A stretch of DNA of 64,000 bases from an uncultured Mycoplasmatota bacterium (GTDB taxonomy: Bacteria; Bacillota_I; Bacilli_A; RF39; UBA660), in assembly GCA_947652325.1 (NCBI GenBank), contig CANTCQ010000001.1, positions 198,725 through 262,724 on the forward strand. Reading direction: 5' to 3'. The notes beneath the pieces are model-generated. The model searched no databases and was not told the DNA's origin. It saw nothing but the letters and a program-made list of their open reading frames with translations. The translations under genes and the position numbers were made by a program. Position 1 is the first letter of the stretch; each line of letters starts with the position of its first letter. Shown here one piece after another: positions 1 to 10,681 of the stretch.

Positions 1-1
1 T

Positions 2-823
2 TTTGGATGTTTATTACTTTTTATTTTTTTCTTGCCTACTCTTGTTCATTATTTTAATAAAGAGGAAGAAAAGCCAGATTATAGTTTACCCAATACCCAA
101 GATAAGATAAATAATTCAAATACATTGGAAAATCAAGAAGATGCTATGTATGAACTTCATAATACACTTTCTATTTCTTTAGAAGAAGATATTACTATCA
201 AAAACTTTCGTTTCGAAAATACTACTTTTATTTTTACAGTAATAAACAATGGAAGCAACCGTTTTTCTTTTAATCAAAAGAATTATTTTTTAGAAATGTA
301 CACAGAAAATAATACGTTGTTGGAACGCATTATTTTAGTAAAAGATACAATTCCAAAAGAAGCTAGTGTGGATTTTTCTTATCCAATAATGCAAAACACT
401 GCTACAAATACGAAAAAAATTCGTTTTGTTGAAAAGGCTATTGCAGATTATCCAAATATTACTTTGAATAAAACAGAAGCAGAAGAACAATTATTGGTAT
501 GTGAAAATGAAGGAGAAACGCTGAGCTATCATTTTAAAGAGGATAAGTTGGAAGCAATAAATGATGTGATAAACTATTCTAATCAAAATACAAATTATAA
601 TGTTAAATTAGAAGAATGGAAAAATAAGGTAAGCTTTTATAATAACACCCATGGTGTATCCTCAACTTTTATAGAGACGGGAAATAGTTTTATTGTAAAT
701 ACAATTATAGATTTAAAAACGACAAATATAAACACTTTATCTAATGCCCATTATTATCGTTTAGATACAGAGCCTAAAGTTGTTAATTTTGAAATGGAAT
801 CTCGGGGGTTTCGTTGTAAGTAA
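2..823 (+). CDS. hypothetical membrane-anchored protein (5' end outside window)
   Basis: The frame is open from the window edge. A hydrophobic FGCLLLFIFFLPTLV segment is followed by an Asn/Thr-rich soluble region. It lies directly upstream of scpA. Confidence 0.5.
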   Translation, partial: FGCLLLFIFFLPTLVHYFNKEEEKPDYSLPNTQDKINNSNTLENQEDAMYELHNTLSISLEEDITIKNFRFENTTFIFTVINNGSNRFSFNQKNYFLEMYTENNTLLERIILVKDTIPKEASVDFSYPIMQNTATNTKKIRFVEKAIADYPNITLNKTEAEEQLLVCENEGETLSYHFKEDKLEAINDVINYSNQNTNYNVKLEEWKNKVSFYNNTHGVSSTFIETGNSFIVNTIIDLKTTNINTLSNAHYYRLDTEPKVVNFEMESRGFRCK

Positions 824-836
824 AGGAGGATTTTAA

Positions 837-1559
837 GTGGATTACTTAGTAGATATTAATGACTTTCATGGACCACTTGATTTGTTGTTACACTTAGTTC
901 GTTCGACCGAAATGGATGTATATGAAATTGATACTTCTGTAATTATTGAAGAATATTTAAATTATATAGAAAAAATGCAAGATTTAAATATTGATATTGC
1001 GAGTGAATTTTTGGTGATGGCGGCAACTCTTGTTCATTTAAAAAGCAAAATGTTAATTGGTTCCACCGAAGAAAAAGAGGAAGAAGAAAATGAATTTGAA
1101 ATTAACAGTGAAGAAGATTTAAAAACACGTATTTTAGAATATGAAAAATATAAAAATATGACAGAAGTATTTAAAGAGTTAGAAGAAAAAAGAACAAACT
1201 TTTACACCAAAGAACCACTTTCTTTAAAAGAATATACAGATAAAAAAATAATAAATGATGGAAGTATTACGGTAGAAGATTTAGTAAATGCTTTCTTGTC
1301 TTTTCAAGAAAGATTAAACTTTCAAAAACCGATTCATACGAAAATTACAAAAAAAGAATTGAGTGTAGAAGAGCGTATGACTTCTATAAAAAATAAATTA
1401 CAAAATAAGAAAAAAGTTGATTTTTTAGAACTTTTTGAAGAAGTAACAAAAGAATATTTTATTGTCACTTTTTTAGCCGTGTTGCAAATGAATAAAAATG
1501 ATGAAATAAACATTTATCAAGAAAGCAATTTTGCAAATATTATAATTGAAAGCAGATGA
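837..1559 (+). CDS. scpA: segregation and condensation protein A
   Basis: The N-terminal FHGPLDLLLHLV and DIASEFLVMAATL motifs are typical of ScpA. An RBS (aaggagg) lies upstream. The gene overlaps scpB. Confidence 0.9.
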   Translation: MDYLVDINDFHGPLDLLLHLVRSTEMDVYEIDTSVIIEEYLNYIEKMQDLNIDIASEFLVMAATLVHLKSKMLIGSTEEKEEEENEFEINSEEDLKTRILEYEKYKNMTEVFKELEEKRTNFYTKEPLSLKEYTDKKIINDGSITVEDLVNAFLSFQERLNFQKPIHTKITKKELSVEERMTSIKNKLQNKKKVDFLELFEEVTKEYFIVTFLAVLQMNKNDEINIYQESNFANIIIESR

Positions 1560-2139
1560 ATTTATGGATTTAAAAGGTGTTTTAGAAGGAATTTTATTTG
1601 TGGTGGGGGATGAAGGAATCACCTTACATAAAATTGTAGAAATTTTAAATATTTCTATGGAAGAAGCAAAAAATTTGTTAAAAGAATTGAAGTCTGCTTA
1701 TGAAAAAGAAGACAGAGGTATTAGAATTAGTTATCTTGGTGATGCTTTTAAACTTACAACAAAACAAGAACATAAAGAGTATTATGAAAAGTTAGTGGAA
1801 AATCCAGAAAATCATTTGCTTAGTCCTGCAGCGCTTGAAGTTTTAGCAATTGTTGCTTATAATCAACCCATTACGCGAATTGAAATAGATGAGATGAGAG
1901 GAATTTCTTCCAGTCATATGATTCGAAGATTAGTGGCAAAGGGTCTATTAAAAGAAGCTGGAAAAAGTACAATGCCAGGTCGACCTAATCTGTATAAAAC
2001 AACGAGTGATTTTCTGGATTATTTTGGACTTGCTACCATTAATGATTTACCTTCTATTAATATGGCAAAAAATGATTTAGAGGAAGAAAAAGAATTGTTT
2101 ACTTCTATTTATAAAGAAGAGGATAAAATAAATGAATGA
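1546..2139 (+). CDS. scpB: segregation and condensation protein B
   Basis: LEGILFVVGDEGITL and AALEVLAIVAYNQPITRIEIDEMRG are winged-helix motifs of ScpB. The start overlaps the scpA stop. Confidence 0.9.
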   Translation: MKADEFMDLKGVLEGILFVVGDEGITLHKIVEILNISMEEAKNLLKELKSAYEKEDRGIRISYLGDAFKLTTKQEHKEYYEKLVENPENHLLSPAALEVLAIVAYNQPITRIEIDEMRGISSSHMIRRLVAKGLLKEAGKSTMPGRPNLYKTTSDFLDYFGLATINDLPSINMAKNDLEEEKELFTSIYKEEDKINE

Positions 2140-2719
2140 TAATGATTTGTTAGTAGAAGAGATAGATATTTATAATAAAGAGTTTCTTTCTACTTCATTT
2201 GAAGAAAAAGAATTCCAGAATAAATCTTTAGGAAATATTATTTTTAAACGTGTTTCACTATTAAGTGCGCATTTTGAAAATATTATTTTTAATAATGTTT
2301 CTTTTGTGAATACGGATTTATCAAATGTAGTATTTACAAATTGTGGACTTCATCATTGTCATTTTATAGACTGTAAAATGTTAGGCACAACTTTTACAGA
2401 TTGTGTTTTAAAAAATACAAAATTTGAGAATTGTATTTCAAAGTATGTTGGATTTTCTTATGGGAAGATAATGGGTGTTTCCTTTTTAGAATCTGATTTA
2501 TCAGAAACTCGTTTTTATAATTTGAAATTAAATAAAATTTCTTTTCAAAATGTAAATTTGACAAAATCAGAATTTAGTGGAATTTCTTTAGCAGAAATAG
2601 ATTTATCAAATGCTACTATTGAAAATATTTTAATTGACCCTAAATACTTACGAGGAGTTATTTTAACGTATGACCAAATGATTTATTTAGCGCCACTTTT
2701 GGGAATAAAGATAAAATAA
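2132..2719 (+). CDS. pentapeptide repeat protein
   Basis: The sequence contains tandem A(D/N)LxF-like pentapeptides (FENIIFNNVSFVNTDLSNVVFTNCGLHHCHF..). The start overlaps the scpB end by 8 nt. Confidence 0.75.
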   Translation: MNDNDLLVEEIDIYNKEFLSTSFEEKEFQNKSLGNIIFKRVSLLSAHFENIIFNNVSFVNTDLSNVVFTNCGLHHCHFIDCKMLGTTFTDCVLKNTKFENCISKYVGFSYGKIMGVSFLESDLSETRFYNLKLNKISFQNVNLTKSEFSGISLAEIDLSNATIENILIDPKYLRGVILTYDQMIYLAPLLGIKIK

Positions 2720-2785
2720 CAGTTTTTTTATATTTTTTATAAATATAAATTTACTTTTATTTTAAATATGATATAATTTACTTAT

Positions 2786-2872
2786 GCCTCTGTGGTGAAA
2801 TTGGTAGACGCGCTGGACTCAAAATCCAGTAGTAGCAATACTGTGCCAGTTCAAGTCTGGCCAGAGGCACCA
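2786..2872 (+). tRNA. tRNA-Leu (anticodon CAA), long variable arm, encoded CCA
   Basis: Cloverleaf read by eye. The acceptor stem is GCCTCTG/CAGAGGC, the anticodon loop is CT-CAA-AA, the variable arm is long, the T-loop is GTTCAAGTC and the 3' end is ACCA. An extended -10 (TGATATAAT) lies at about 2767-2778. Confidence 0.9.
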
Positions 2873-2884
2873 GAGTGATACCAG

Positions 2885-2924
2885 ACTCGAACTTTTAGTA
2901 AATTATAAGAGTTCGAGTTTTAAT
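2885..2924 (+). terminator. rho-independent terminator after tRNA-Leu, part of the conserved left-end module
   Basis: The hairpin ACTCGAAC..GTTCGAGT is followed by a T-rich tail. The same hairpin follows tRNA-Ala at about 44306-44345. Confidence 0.6.
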
Positions 2925-2970
2925 ATTCTTAAATTTATGATAAAATATCTGTAGAAATCTAATTGGTTTA

Positions 2971-3004
2971 TGTCAATTTAGTAAAACACACTTGCACATT
3001 GACA
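2971..3004. repeat. conserved palindromic leader motif, copy 1 (TGTCAATTTAGTAAAACACACTTGCACATTGACA)
   Basis: The outer arms TGTCAAT/ATTGACA are inverted. The motif recurs at 5210, 10794 and 44390. It lies downstream of a TGATAAAAT extended -10 at 2938-2946. Confidence 0.7.
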
Positions 3005-3040
3005 GTATCAATTTGCGAGTATATAGGAGAGTTAGGTATT

Positions 3041-3496
3041 GTGAATAAAGTAAGCTATTATTTTTTAAACCAAATGTATGATGTTCAAGCTTTATCTCAA
3101 GATTATCAAGAGCATTTATCTCAAGTTTATGAATATGGCAGTCATATGCTAAATTATAATATAGAAATAACTAAAGGAGATTTTCAGGAAGTATTTAATA
3201 CAATATATAGTATATTAAGATTTCGAATAGATGATAAAGATTTTGAAAAGGTTAGTGAACATTATTTAAAGCTTTTAATGGCTGATGCTAGGGATGGTAA
3301 TAATGTAAATGTAAATTGGTTTATTAACCATGTGTGGTATTTATGTGTTGGTATATCTAATGAGATTGACATTAAAACATATAGAGATTGTATTTCCTTT
3401 ATACAACAAATTTTGATAAAAAAGTTTGATATTCAAGAAAATATAAAAGAAAAAGTAAAAAGAAAAATCTACGCTAAGTTTATGACAAAATGTTAA
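3041..3496 (+). CDS. hypothetical protein (cassette 1)
   Basis: A GTG start lies 11 nt after AGGAGA. The upstream TTG start in the ORF track would read through the leader motif. The stop lies inside the right-end repeat. Confidence 0.5.
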   Translation: MNKVSYYFLNQMYDVQALSQDYQEHLSQVYEYGSHMLNYNIEITKGDFQEVFNTIYSILRFRIDDKDFEKVSEHYLKLLMADARDGNNVNVNWFINHVWYLCVGISNEIDIKTYRDCISFIQQILIKKFDIQENIKEKVKRKIYAKFMTKC

Positions 3497-4077
3497 TTTG
3501 TCCTTCCTTAGGGCACCAGATTGATGTGAAATGGCTTCGAAAAGTTAGAAAATCAGATGTATTTACTAAAATCACTCTTCGAGATTTACAAAATCAAATG
3601 AGATTACATTTTATTGAAACTTACAATAAGGAATATGGTTTAGAAGATATTCTAAACGCAAAAATGGAAGGTAGAAATGAAGGTTATACTAAACCTGAAA
3701 ATGTTAGAATTAAGAAACAACTTAAAACTCAAGAGAATAATTTAAAACGAGCTAAAGATAAATCTGATAAATTAGATAGTGCTACCAAAGAAGTAAAAGA
3801 AATATTAAATAATACCAAACTTACAGGATTTAATAAAAATCAGTGCGTATTATCTCTTAATGAAAAAGAGAAAATTGATGAATTTGTTAAGCAAGTAGAT
3901 AATACTAATAAAGAGTATCACAGAATACAAAAGTTATCAGCAACTTTAGAAGAAATGAATTCTAATCTTTTTAGAAGTGAACAACAAATTGCGTATCTTA
4001 CTATGAAAAATTCAAATTTAGAATCAGAAAATATTACTCTAAATAAAAAGTTAAATGAACAAGAAATTACTATTTGA
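3490..4077 (+). CDS. coiled-coil protein, possibly a 5'-truncated Mob/Pre-type relaxase remnant
   Basis: The apparent start runs through the junction repeat, so the N-terminus is probably lost. The protein has a long Lys/Glu/Asn coiled coil. Frame-broken continuation is visible to about 4320. The Mob/Pre resemblance is from memory only. Confidence 0.3.
   Translation: MLICPSLGHQIDVKWLRKVRKSDVFTKITLRDLQNQMRLHFIETYNKEYGLEDILNAKMEGRNEGYTKPENVRIKKQLKTQENNLKRAKDKSDKLDSATKEVKEILNNTKLTGFNKNQCVLSLNEKEKIDEFVKQVDNTNKEYHRIQKLSATLEEMNSNLFRSEQQIAYLTMKNSNLESENITLNKKLNEQEITI
3491..3525. repeat. cassette junction repeat (right end TTTGTCCTTCCTTAGGGCACCA + left end GATTGAT)
   Basis: GGGCACCA at 3511-3518 is followed directly by GATTGAT. 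The same GATTGAT follows the CCA of tRNA-Ala. Confidence 0.65.
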
Positions 4078-4323
4078 TAATTTAAAAGATGAAAATAAAA
4101 CTTTATCTTCTAAACTTAAATATTTTAAAGATATGTTTTACAATCTTGTTTGATTTTTAATGAATAAAGTCTTTAGGATTAAAGATAATAAGTATAAAGA
4201 TTTTGCTAAAGAATTATATAATCACGGAGCATTGGATAAAGAAAATTCTGAAGGTATAATGGTTATGCCTAAAGCTAATTATTCAAAAGAAATTGAAACA
4301 TTAAAAAAAGAAGATTTTGAGCT

Positions 4324-4797
4324 TTAATGCTTAAAATCTCCTTTTAAAATGCTGATATTTTTAGTTTTCTTTGGTATTGAATTTAAACTATAATTAATGT
4401 TGCCTTTATCACTTTCACTTATAATAAGTTTTGAAGAATCATATGAACAATTTCCGTCACTATCAATTGTAATTGTTCTTTCACCTTTTGTTATAATAAA
4501 TTTTTTTAATTGTCCATAATTTAAAGATATCATATCAGTGGTTTTATTATTTTTTTCATCTAATTTTCTTTTTACTTTTAATAAAAAACTTGGGTATTCA
4601 TTTACTGAACTTGTAGATATTTCACATATTTTTGTATAAACTTCATTGATTTCTAAAGGAAAAGTTAATCCTAATAAATATTGTTGTAATTGTTCTTCAT
4701 TTTCTAATTTAAATACATAATCACTGAAAACATCAACTTTAATACTTTTTTGATTATGATACCTATTTAGAGCTAATGGATTATTTAAAACAAGCAA
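4324..4797 (-). CDS. hypothetical protein
   Basis: 157-aa ORF on the opposite strand between two coiled-coil remnants. No recognisable motif. Confidence 0.4.
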   Translation of the reverse strand: MLVLNNPLALNRYHNQKSIKVDVFSDYVFKLENEEQLQQYLLGLTFPLEINEVYTKICEISTSSVNEYPSFLLKVKRKLDEKNNKTTDMISLNYGQLKKFIITKGERTITIDSDGNCSYDSSKLIISESDKGNINYSLNSIPKKTKNISILKGDFKH

Positions 4798-5183
4798 ATG
4801 AGGCAGTTAATAAAGTTGTTAAAAGCGAAGGCCTTTATAAAGAGTTGGAAAAAGAAATTAAATATTACAAAGCATTTTTAGCAATCAATGATGAAAAAGA
4901 TAATGAAATAAAATATTTAAAGAAAGAACTTGAAGAAGTAAATACCAAATATAATTCTTTAAAAAGTTTTATTTCTAATTTACTTCAATTACTAAAAGGT
5001 ATATTTAAGAAAATATTATCTATTGGTACTGATAAAGAAAAAGATTTAGTTAGTGAGCAATTAAAAGAATGTTATGATAATCATTTATATAGTGAAAATG
5101 ATATAAGTGATATTGTTAGAAACACACCCAAAGAGATAGAATTAACAAATTATATCGAAGAAAAGGACTACGATTATTTTTAA
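4776..5183 (+). CDS. coiled-coil hypothetical protein, possibly a second Mob/Pre C-terminal remnant
   Basis: Heptad-rich sequence paralogous in style to the 3490-4320 region. It ends in the hairpin GGACTACGATT..AATCGTAGTCC at 5165-5195. Confidence 0.35.
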   Translation: MDYLKQANEAVNKVVKSEGLYKELEKEIKYYKAFLAINDEKDNEIKYLKKELEEVNTKYNSLKSFISNLLQLLKGIFKKILSIGTDKEKDLVSEQLKECYDNHLYSENDISDIVRNTPKEIELTNYIEEKDYDYF

Positions 5184-5209
5184 AATCGTAGTCCATAAAT
5201 ACTAAATGG

Positions 5210-5259
5210 TGTCAATTTAGTAAACATACTTGTACATTGACATAATCAATGAACGTGTG
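5210..5259. repeat. conserved leader motif, copy 2 (TGTCAATTTAGTAAACATACTTGTACATTGACATAATCAATGAACGTGTG)
   Basis: Near-identical to copy 3 at 10792-10839 along its whole length. Confidence 0.7.
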
Positions 5260-5373
5260 CAAAAGAACTTATCCTTTTGAAACCAAGAAAATATTTATTA
5301 TTAGATATTATGTTTTATCTTTGAAACTATTATAAATCAAAAAAATAGTGTATAATTTTATATGGTGGTTGTT

Positions 5374-7107
5374 ATGAAAGAAACAAGAAAAAATTTAGGA
5401 AGAGTCTACCAATATGGGAAGAAATACAAGATTTTTTTAGTGCTAGAACTAATAGGATCAGTACTAGGCATTGTATTTAGTATAGTTATTCCAATATTGT
5501 CGGCACAGCAATTAGTCAAGTTTACGGATTCAGTATGGGACCAAGTAATTATTATAAGTAGTATTTTGTTTGGTGTAAGTATTCTTCAATGCTTATCAAA
5601 TATTTTAATTAGAAAAAGTTCTCAGTTTTTCTGGACAGGAATTGTCTCAACAATTAAGCTTAAACTAGGAAGAAAATTAGTAAAAACTGAACAAAAATAT
5701 ATTGATACTTCATCCTCAGGTGTTTTTATTCAAAGAATTGATAATGATACTGAAAATTTAGGTTCTATTTTTACTATTGGTTTAAATTATTTAACGGGGG
5801 TAATATCTAGCATTGGAGTTTTTATTGCTATTTTTATTATTAATAAACAAGTTTTTTTATATTTCCTTATTGTTTCAGTTATTTTATCTTTATTACATTT
5901 ATCTAAAATAAAAAAATATGGTAAAGAGTTTTCAATTTTTTTAAAACAAAGTGATAAAGTTACAAGTTTAGTAGGAGAATTAGTTAGAGGTGTTAGAGAT
6001 ATTAAAATGCTAAATGCTAAGGAAAACTTTCTCTCTAATTTTTATAATAATATTGAAATACAAAACAGAAATAAATATATTATGAGAAATACTGAACTAG
6101 CGTATAACTTTATCATCTCACTTTCTAAAGGAATGTTTGAACTAATACTTGTATTCATATTAATTTATTTAGTAAAAGGAGAAATTATAGAAATATCAAT
6201 AGCTGTAGTTTTATTCTCTTATAGAGCTAATGTAATGGAAAATTTTATGGAAAAGCTAGGCGATATGCTAACTGAAATCAAAAAGTTTAATATTTCTTGC
6301 AATAGGGTATTTTCTTTATTAGAAAATAGAGAATTTCCAAAAGAAGAATTTGGTAAAAAACATATTAATAACATTAAGGGGAATTTTGAATTTGATAATG
6401 TAACATTCGGGTACATAGAAGATTATCCAGTTTTAAAAAATATCTCATTTAAGATAAAAGAAAATGAAATGGTAGCTTTTGTTGGTAAAAGCGGTGCTGG
6501 AAAAACAACAATTTTTAATTTACTATGTAAAATATATGATATTGATAATGGAGTAATAAAGATTGATGGAGAAGATATAAAAAATCTAGATGAATATTCA
6601 ATTCGTGAAAACATTACCATTATTAGTCAAAATCCTTATATTTTTAACATGAGTATTCGAGATAACTTAAATTTAGTGAAAAAAGATTTAACAGAAGAGG
6701 AAATGATTGAAGCTTGTAGAATGGCATGTTTAGATGAATTTATTGATACCCTACCAGAAAAATATGACACAATTGTTGGAGAAGGTGGAGTAATTTTATC
6801 AGGAGGTCAAAGACAAAGATTAGCAATTGCTCGTGCATTTATCCAAGATACAAAAATAATATTATTTGATGAGGCTACTTCAGCATTAGATAACGAAACT
6901 CAAGAACATATACAACAGGCAATAAGCAACATGAAAGATAAATATACTATATTAATAATTGCTCATAGATTATCTACTATAGTTAATTCAGATAGAATAA
7001 TGTTAGTAGAAGATGGACATATTACAGATTCTGGTACACATAAAGAATTATTATTAAAAAATAAAACTTATAAAAAACTTTATGAAAACGAAATTTTGGA
7101 TAAATAA
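5374..7107 (+). CDS. ABC transporter, fused permease/ATP-binding exporter
   Basis: The N-terminal half is a six-helix hydrophobic domain. Walker A is GKSGAGKTT, the signature is LSGGQRQR and Walker B is ILFDEATSALD. The ATG at 5374 is preferred because a GGTGG RBS precedes it. Confidence 0.9.
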   Translation: MKETRKNLGRVYQYGKKYKIFLVLELIGSVLGIVFSIVIPILSAQQLVKFTDSVWDQVIIISSILFGVSILQCLSNILIRKSSQFFWTGIVSTIKLKLGRKLVKTEQKYIDTSSSGVFIQRIDNDTENLGSIFTIGLNYLTGVISSIGVFIAIFIINKQVFLYFLIVSVILSLLHLSKIKKYGKEFSIFLKQSDKVTSLVGELVRGVRDIKMLNAKENFLSNFYNNIEIQNRNKYIMRNTELAYNFIISLSKGMFELILVFILIYLVKGEIIEISIAVVLFSYRANVMENFMEKLGDMLTEIKKFNISCNRVFSLLENREFPKEEFGKKHINNIKGNFEFDNVTFGYIEDYPVLKNISFKIKENEMVAFVGKSGAGKTTIFNLLCKIYDIDNGVIKIDGEDIKNLDEYSIRENITIISQNPYIFNMSIRDNLNLVKKDLTEEEMIEACRMACLDEFIDTLPEKYDTIVGEGGVILSGGQRQRLAIARAFIQDTKIILFDEATSALDNETQEHIQQAISNMKDKYTILIIAHRLSTIVNSDRIMLVEDGHITDSGTHKELLLKNKTYKKLYENEILDK

Positions 7108-7130
7108 TAGAAGGAAATATTGTTATAATA

Positions 7131-7165
7131 TAGTCAGTTAATAAATTATTACTGACTATTTCTTT
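7131..7165 (+). terminator. rho-independent terminator after the ABC exporter
   Basis: Hairpin TAGTCAGT..ACTGACTA followed by TTTCTTT. Confidence 0.6.
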
Positions 7166-7173
7166 GCCTAGAT

Positions 7174-7226
7174 AGTTGTTGTACTTCTCTCTCTCGGGCA
7201 CCAGTAAGCAATCTGTCCGAACTTTT
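7174..7226. repeat. cassette junction repeat (AGTTGTTGTACTTCTCTCTCTCGGGCACCA + diverged left end GTAAGCAATCTGTCCGAACTTTTA)
   Basis: This is the best match to the right-end consensus. It is almost identical to 45274-45303. Confidence 0.7.
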
Positions 7227-7311
7227 ATAGTTTAGGGCTTAAATATATAAGTATCAATTTCTAAAGAAGTTGGTACTTTTTTAGTGTTTAAGAAAGAAAG
7301 GACAGGTTTAA

Positions 7312-7587
7312 ATGGTAAATATTACAAAGGAAAAATTAGAAATTGATAACGAATTAAAGAAAAAGATAGAATTTATATGTAGTTTTTGTAATACTACTCC
7401 AACTATTATTAATGGTAATATTAGAAAAATTAATAAGACAAATTTAAACTATATTGAACCTCATAGAATAATTATTAAAGGTATTACATTTCTAGCATTT
7501 AATTATTCTAATGAAATATTTGTTGAAAATTTATCTAAAAACATTAAATTATCAGATTTAGAAGACTTTATAAAACAAATAAACTAA
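7312..7587 (+). CDS. hypothetical protein
   Basis: 91-aa ORF with an upstream RBS-like AAGGA. No recognisable motifs. Confidence 0.4.
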   Translation: MVNITKEKLEIDNELKKKIEFICSFCNTTPTIINGNIRKINKTNLNYIEPHRIIIKGITFLAFNYSNEIFVENLSKNIKLSDLEDFIKQIN

Positions 7588-7741
7588 ATTATATATAAAT
7601 GTATTAACTTCTTCTAAAATTGCCTTTAAATAGGCAAAAAATGGTAATTATGCCTAGACTTTATATCAAAAGTATCTATAATAAGTAAGCAATAAAAGGA
7701 AGTTTTATGTTTTTGTGGGGGTTAATGTAAAACAAATATAA

Positions 7742-9436
<1,695 letters not shown>

Positions 9437-10363
9437 AAAAGCATAAGCATACTATAGAAATAATGAATAGGTATTTTTGTTTAAGTAATTTAACTGTTTT
9501 AAGTTATGACGTAAAAGGAAATCGTAGAGAAAATTTAGCTGAAGATTATTTTTATCAATATATTCAAGAACATAAGGAAGATATAGAAACAATAAAAGCA
9601 GTAGCATTAAAAATTAAAAATCTTGGATTTAATGAAATTACTTTTGGAGAAAAATTAGATTTTACTAAAACTGAATATGAGTTAGATACTTCATATGGAA
9701 GTGATTTTACTTTTTTAGAAAATATGGAAGTTAATTCTACGTATATAAATAGTCCAATTAAATACAGAACTAACGATTCATGTTATTGCATGATTTTAGG
9801 ATCTGTTGGATATGGTGATAATAAGGAAGTTAGTAAATATGGTAAAAATATAGAATTAAATAGTCTAATATTTGATTCAAATAGATTGCCAAATGAAATA
9901 ACAAGAGAATCTACTATAGAGCTTATTTACGAATTAGCACAAGAGAAAAAAGCAGAATATGAAGATATACGAGATTCTGTAGATTTAAGTATATCTACCA
10001 GCGATTTAAAAGATTATTTTGAGCGTTTGAAAGCAGTAACTGAAAGAATTGATAAAATAAAAGATAATCAAGAATTGATGAATTTATTAAATCAAATGCA
10101 AAATACATTGGTACAATTACAATTATTTGGAGTGAATTTTGAAAATCAAATAGTTGATTCTCATACAGATATTACAGATGAAACAATGAAAAGAGAGAAA
10201 AAAGTATATTTAAATAGAAGATATTGGGCTAGTATAGATATTGATTAAATATTATAAAATTTAATAAAGTGATAAAAACGGATTGCTACTTTTTTCATTA
10301 TTTGTTAAAATATTACTAGAAATTGATACAAACATTGTATTGATTACTGAATTTAGCGAAAAA

Positions 10364-10421
10364 AGTTTGAAATAACTTTCTTACTCGCACCAGATTGATA
10401 GAAAACTCGAACTTTTCGAGT
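10364..10421. repeat. cassette junction repeat (AGTTTGAAATAACTTTCTTACTCGCACCA + GATTGATAGAAAACTCGAACTTTTCGAGT)
   Basis: CACCAGATTGATAG matches the tRNA-Ala/island junction at 44289-44302 exactly. The agreement resumes at AAACTCGAACTTTT after a 1-nt difference. Confidence 0.7.
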
Positions 10422-10430
10422 ATTAAGTAA

Positions 10431-10456
10431 AACGACTTGTCAAAAAGTCGTTTTTA
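10431..10456 (+). terminator. rho-independent terminator
   Basis: Hairpin AACGACTT..AAGTCGTT followed by TTTT. Confidence 0.55.
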
Positions 10457-10499
10457 TGTTATTATGAATATGTCAAGGAAACTTGAATATAATAAAAAA

Positions 10500-10586
10500 G
10501 GGAATACTTAACCTTTCCATGTTGAGTGTTCGCCAAAGGTTTGGTTAGCACTTAATCTACGAAAGTAAATTGAGTGCTTTTTTCTT
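10500..10586 (+). ncRNA. putative antisense antitoxin sRNA, convergent with the small toxin ORF
   Basis: A TATAAT box lies at 10488-10493. The terminator hairpin AGCACTTAAT..ATTGAGTGCT plus a T-run sits at about 10549-10586. The toxin transcript would probably overlap it at the 3' end. Confidence 0.3.
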
Positions 10587-10597
10587 ATGATAGTTTA

Positions 10598-10681
10598 CTA
10601 AATTACAAAAGTAAAGAGTAAGGCTATGAGTAAGAAGATAATTAGAATAAGAGAAAGAATCAAAAAATCTTTCTTATGCAT
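10598..10681 (-). CDS. type I toxin-like small hydrophobic peptide (27 aa, MHKKDFLILSLILIIFLLIALLFTFVI)
   Basis: Not in the ORF track because it is too short. It has a strong RBS (AAAGGAGG, 8 nt before the ATG) and its own extended -10 (TGATATAAT, complement of 10744-10752). The 5' UTR can pair with the RBS region. Confidence 0.55.
   Translation of the reverse strand: MHKKDFLILSLILIIFLLIALLFTFVI

Noticed and set aside
2963-3040. Upstream TTG start proposed by the ORF track for the first cassette ORF.
   Set aside because: It would translate the conserved non-coding leader motif found upstream of unrelated genes. The GTG at 3041 has a proper RBS.
6219-6620. Two 65-aa ORFs antisense to the ABC exporter gene. 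The same type of ORF occurs at 17514-17696, 19155-19358, 23073-23409, 28407-28589, 29148-29438, 30369-30602, 36396-36593, 37408-37698, 45497-45748, 47376-47582, 51010-51210, 52740-52925, 53668-53865 and 54710-54961.
   Set aside because: All lie inside longer ORFs with clear motifs or better coding character. They lack RBSs and have the skewed composition expected from reading AT-rich genes in the wrong frame or strand.
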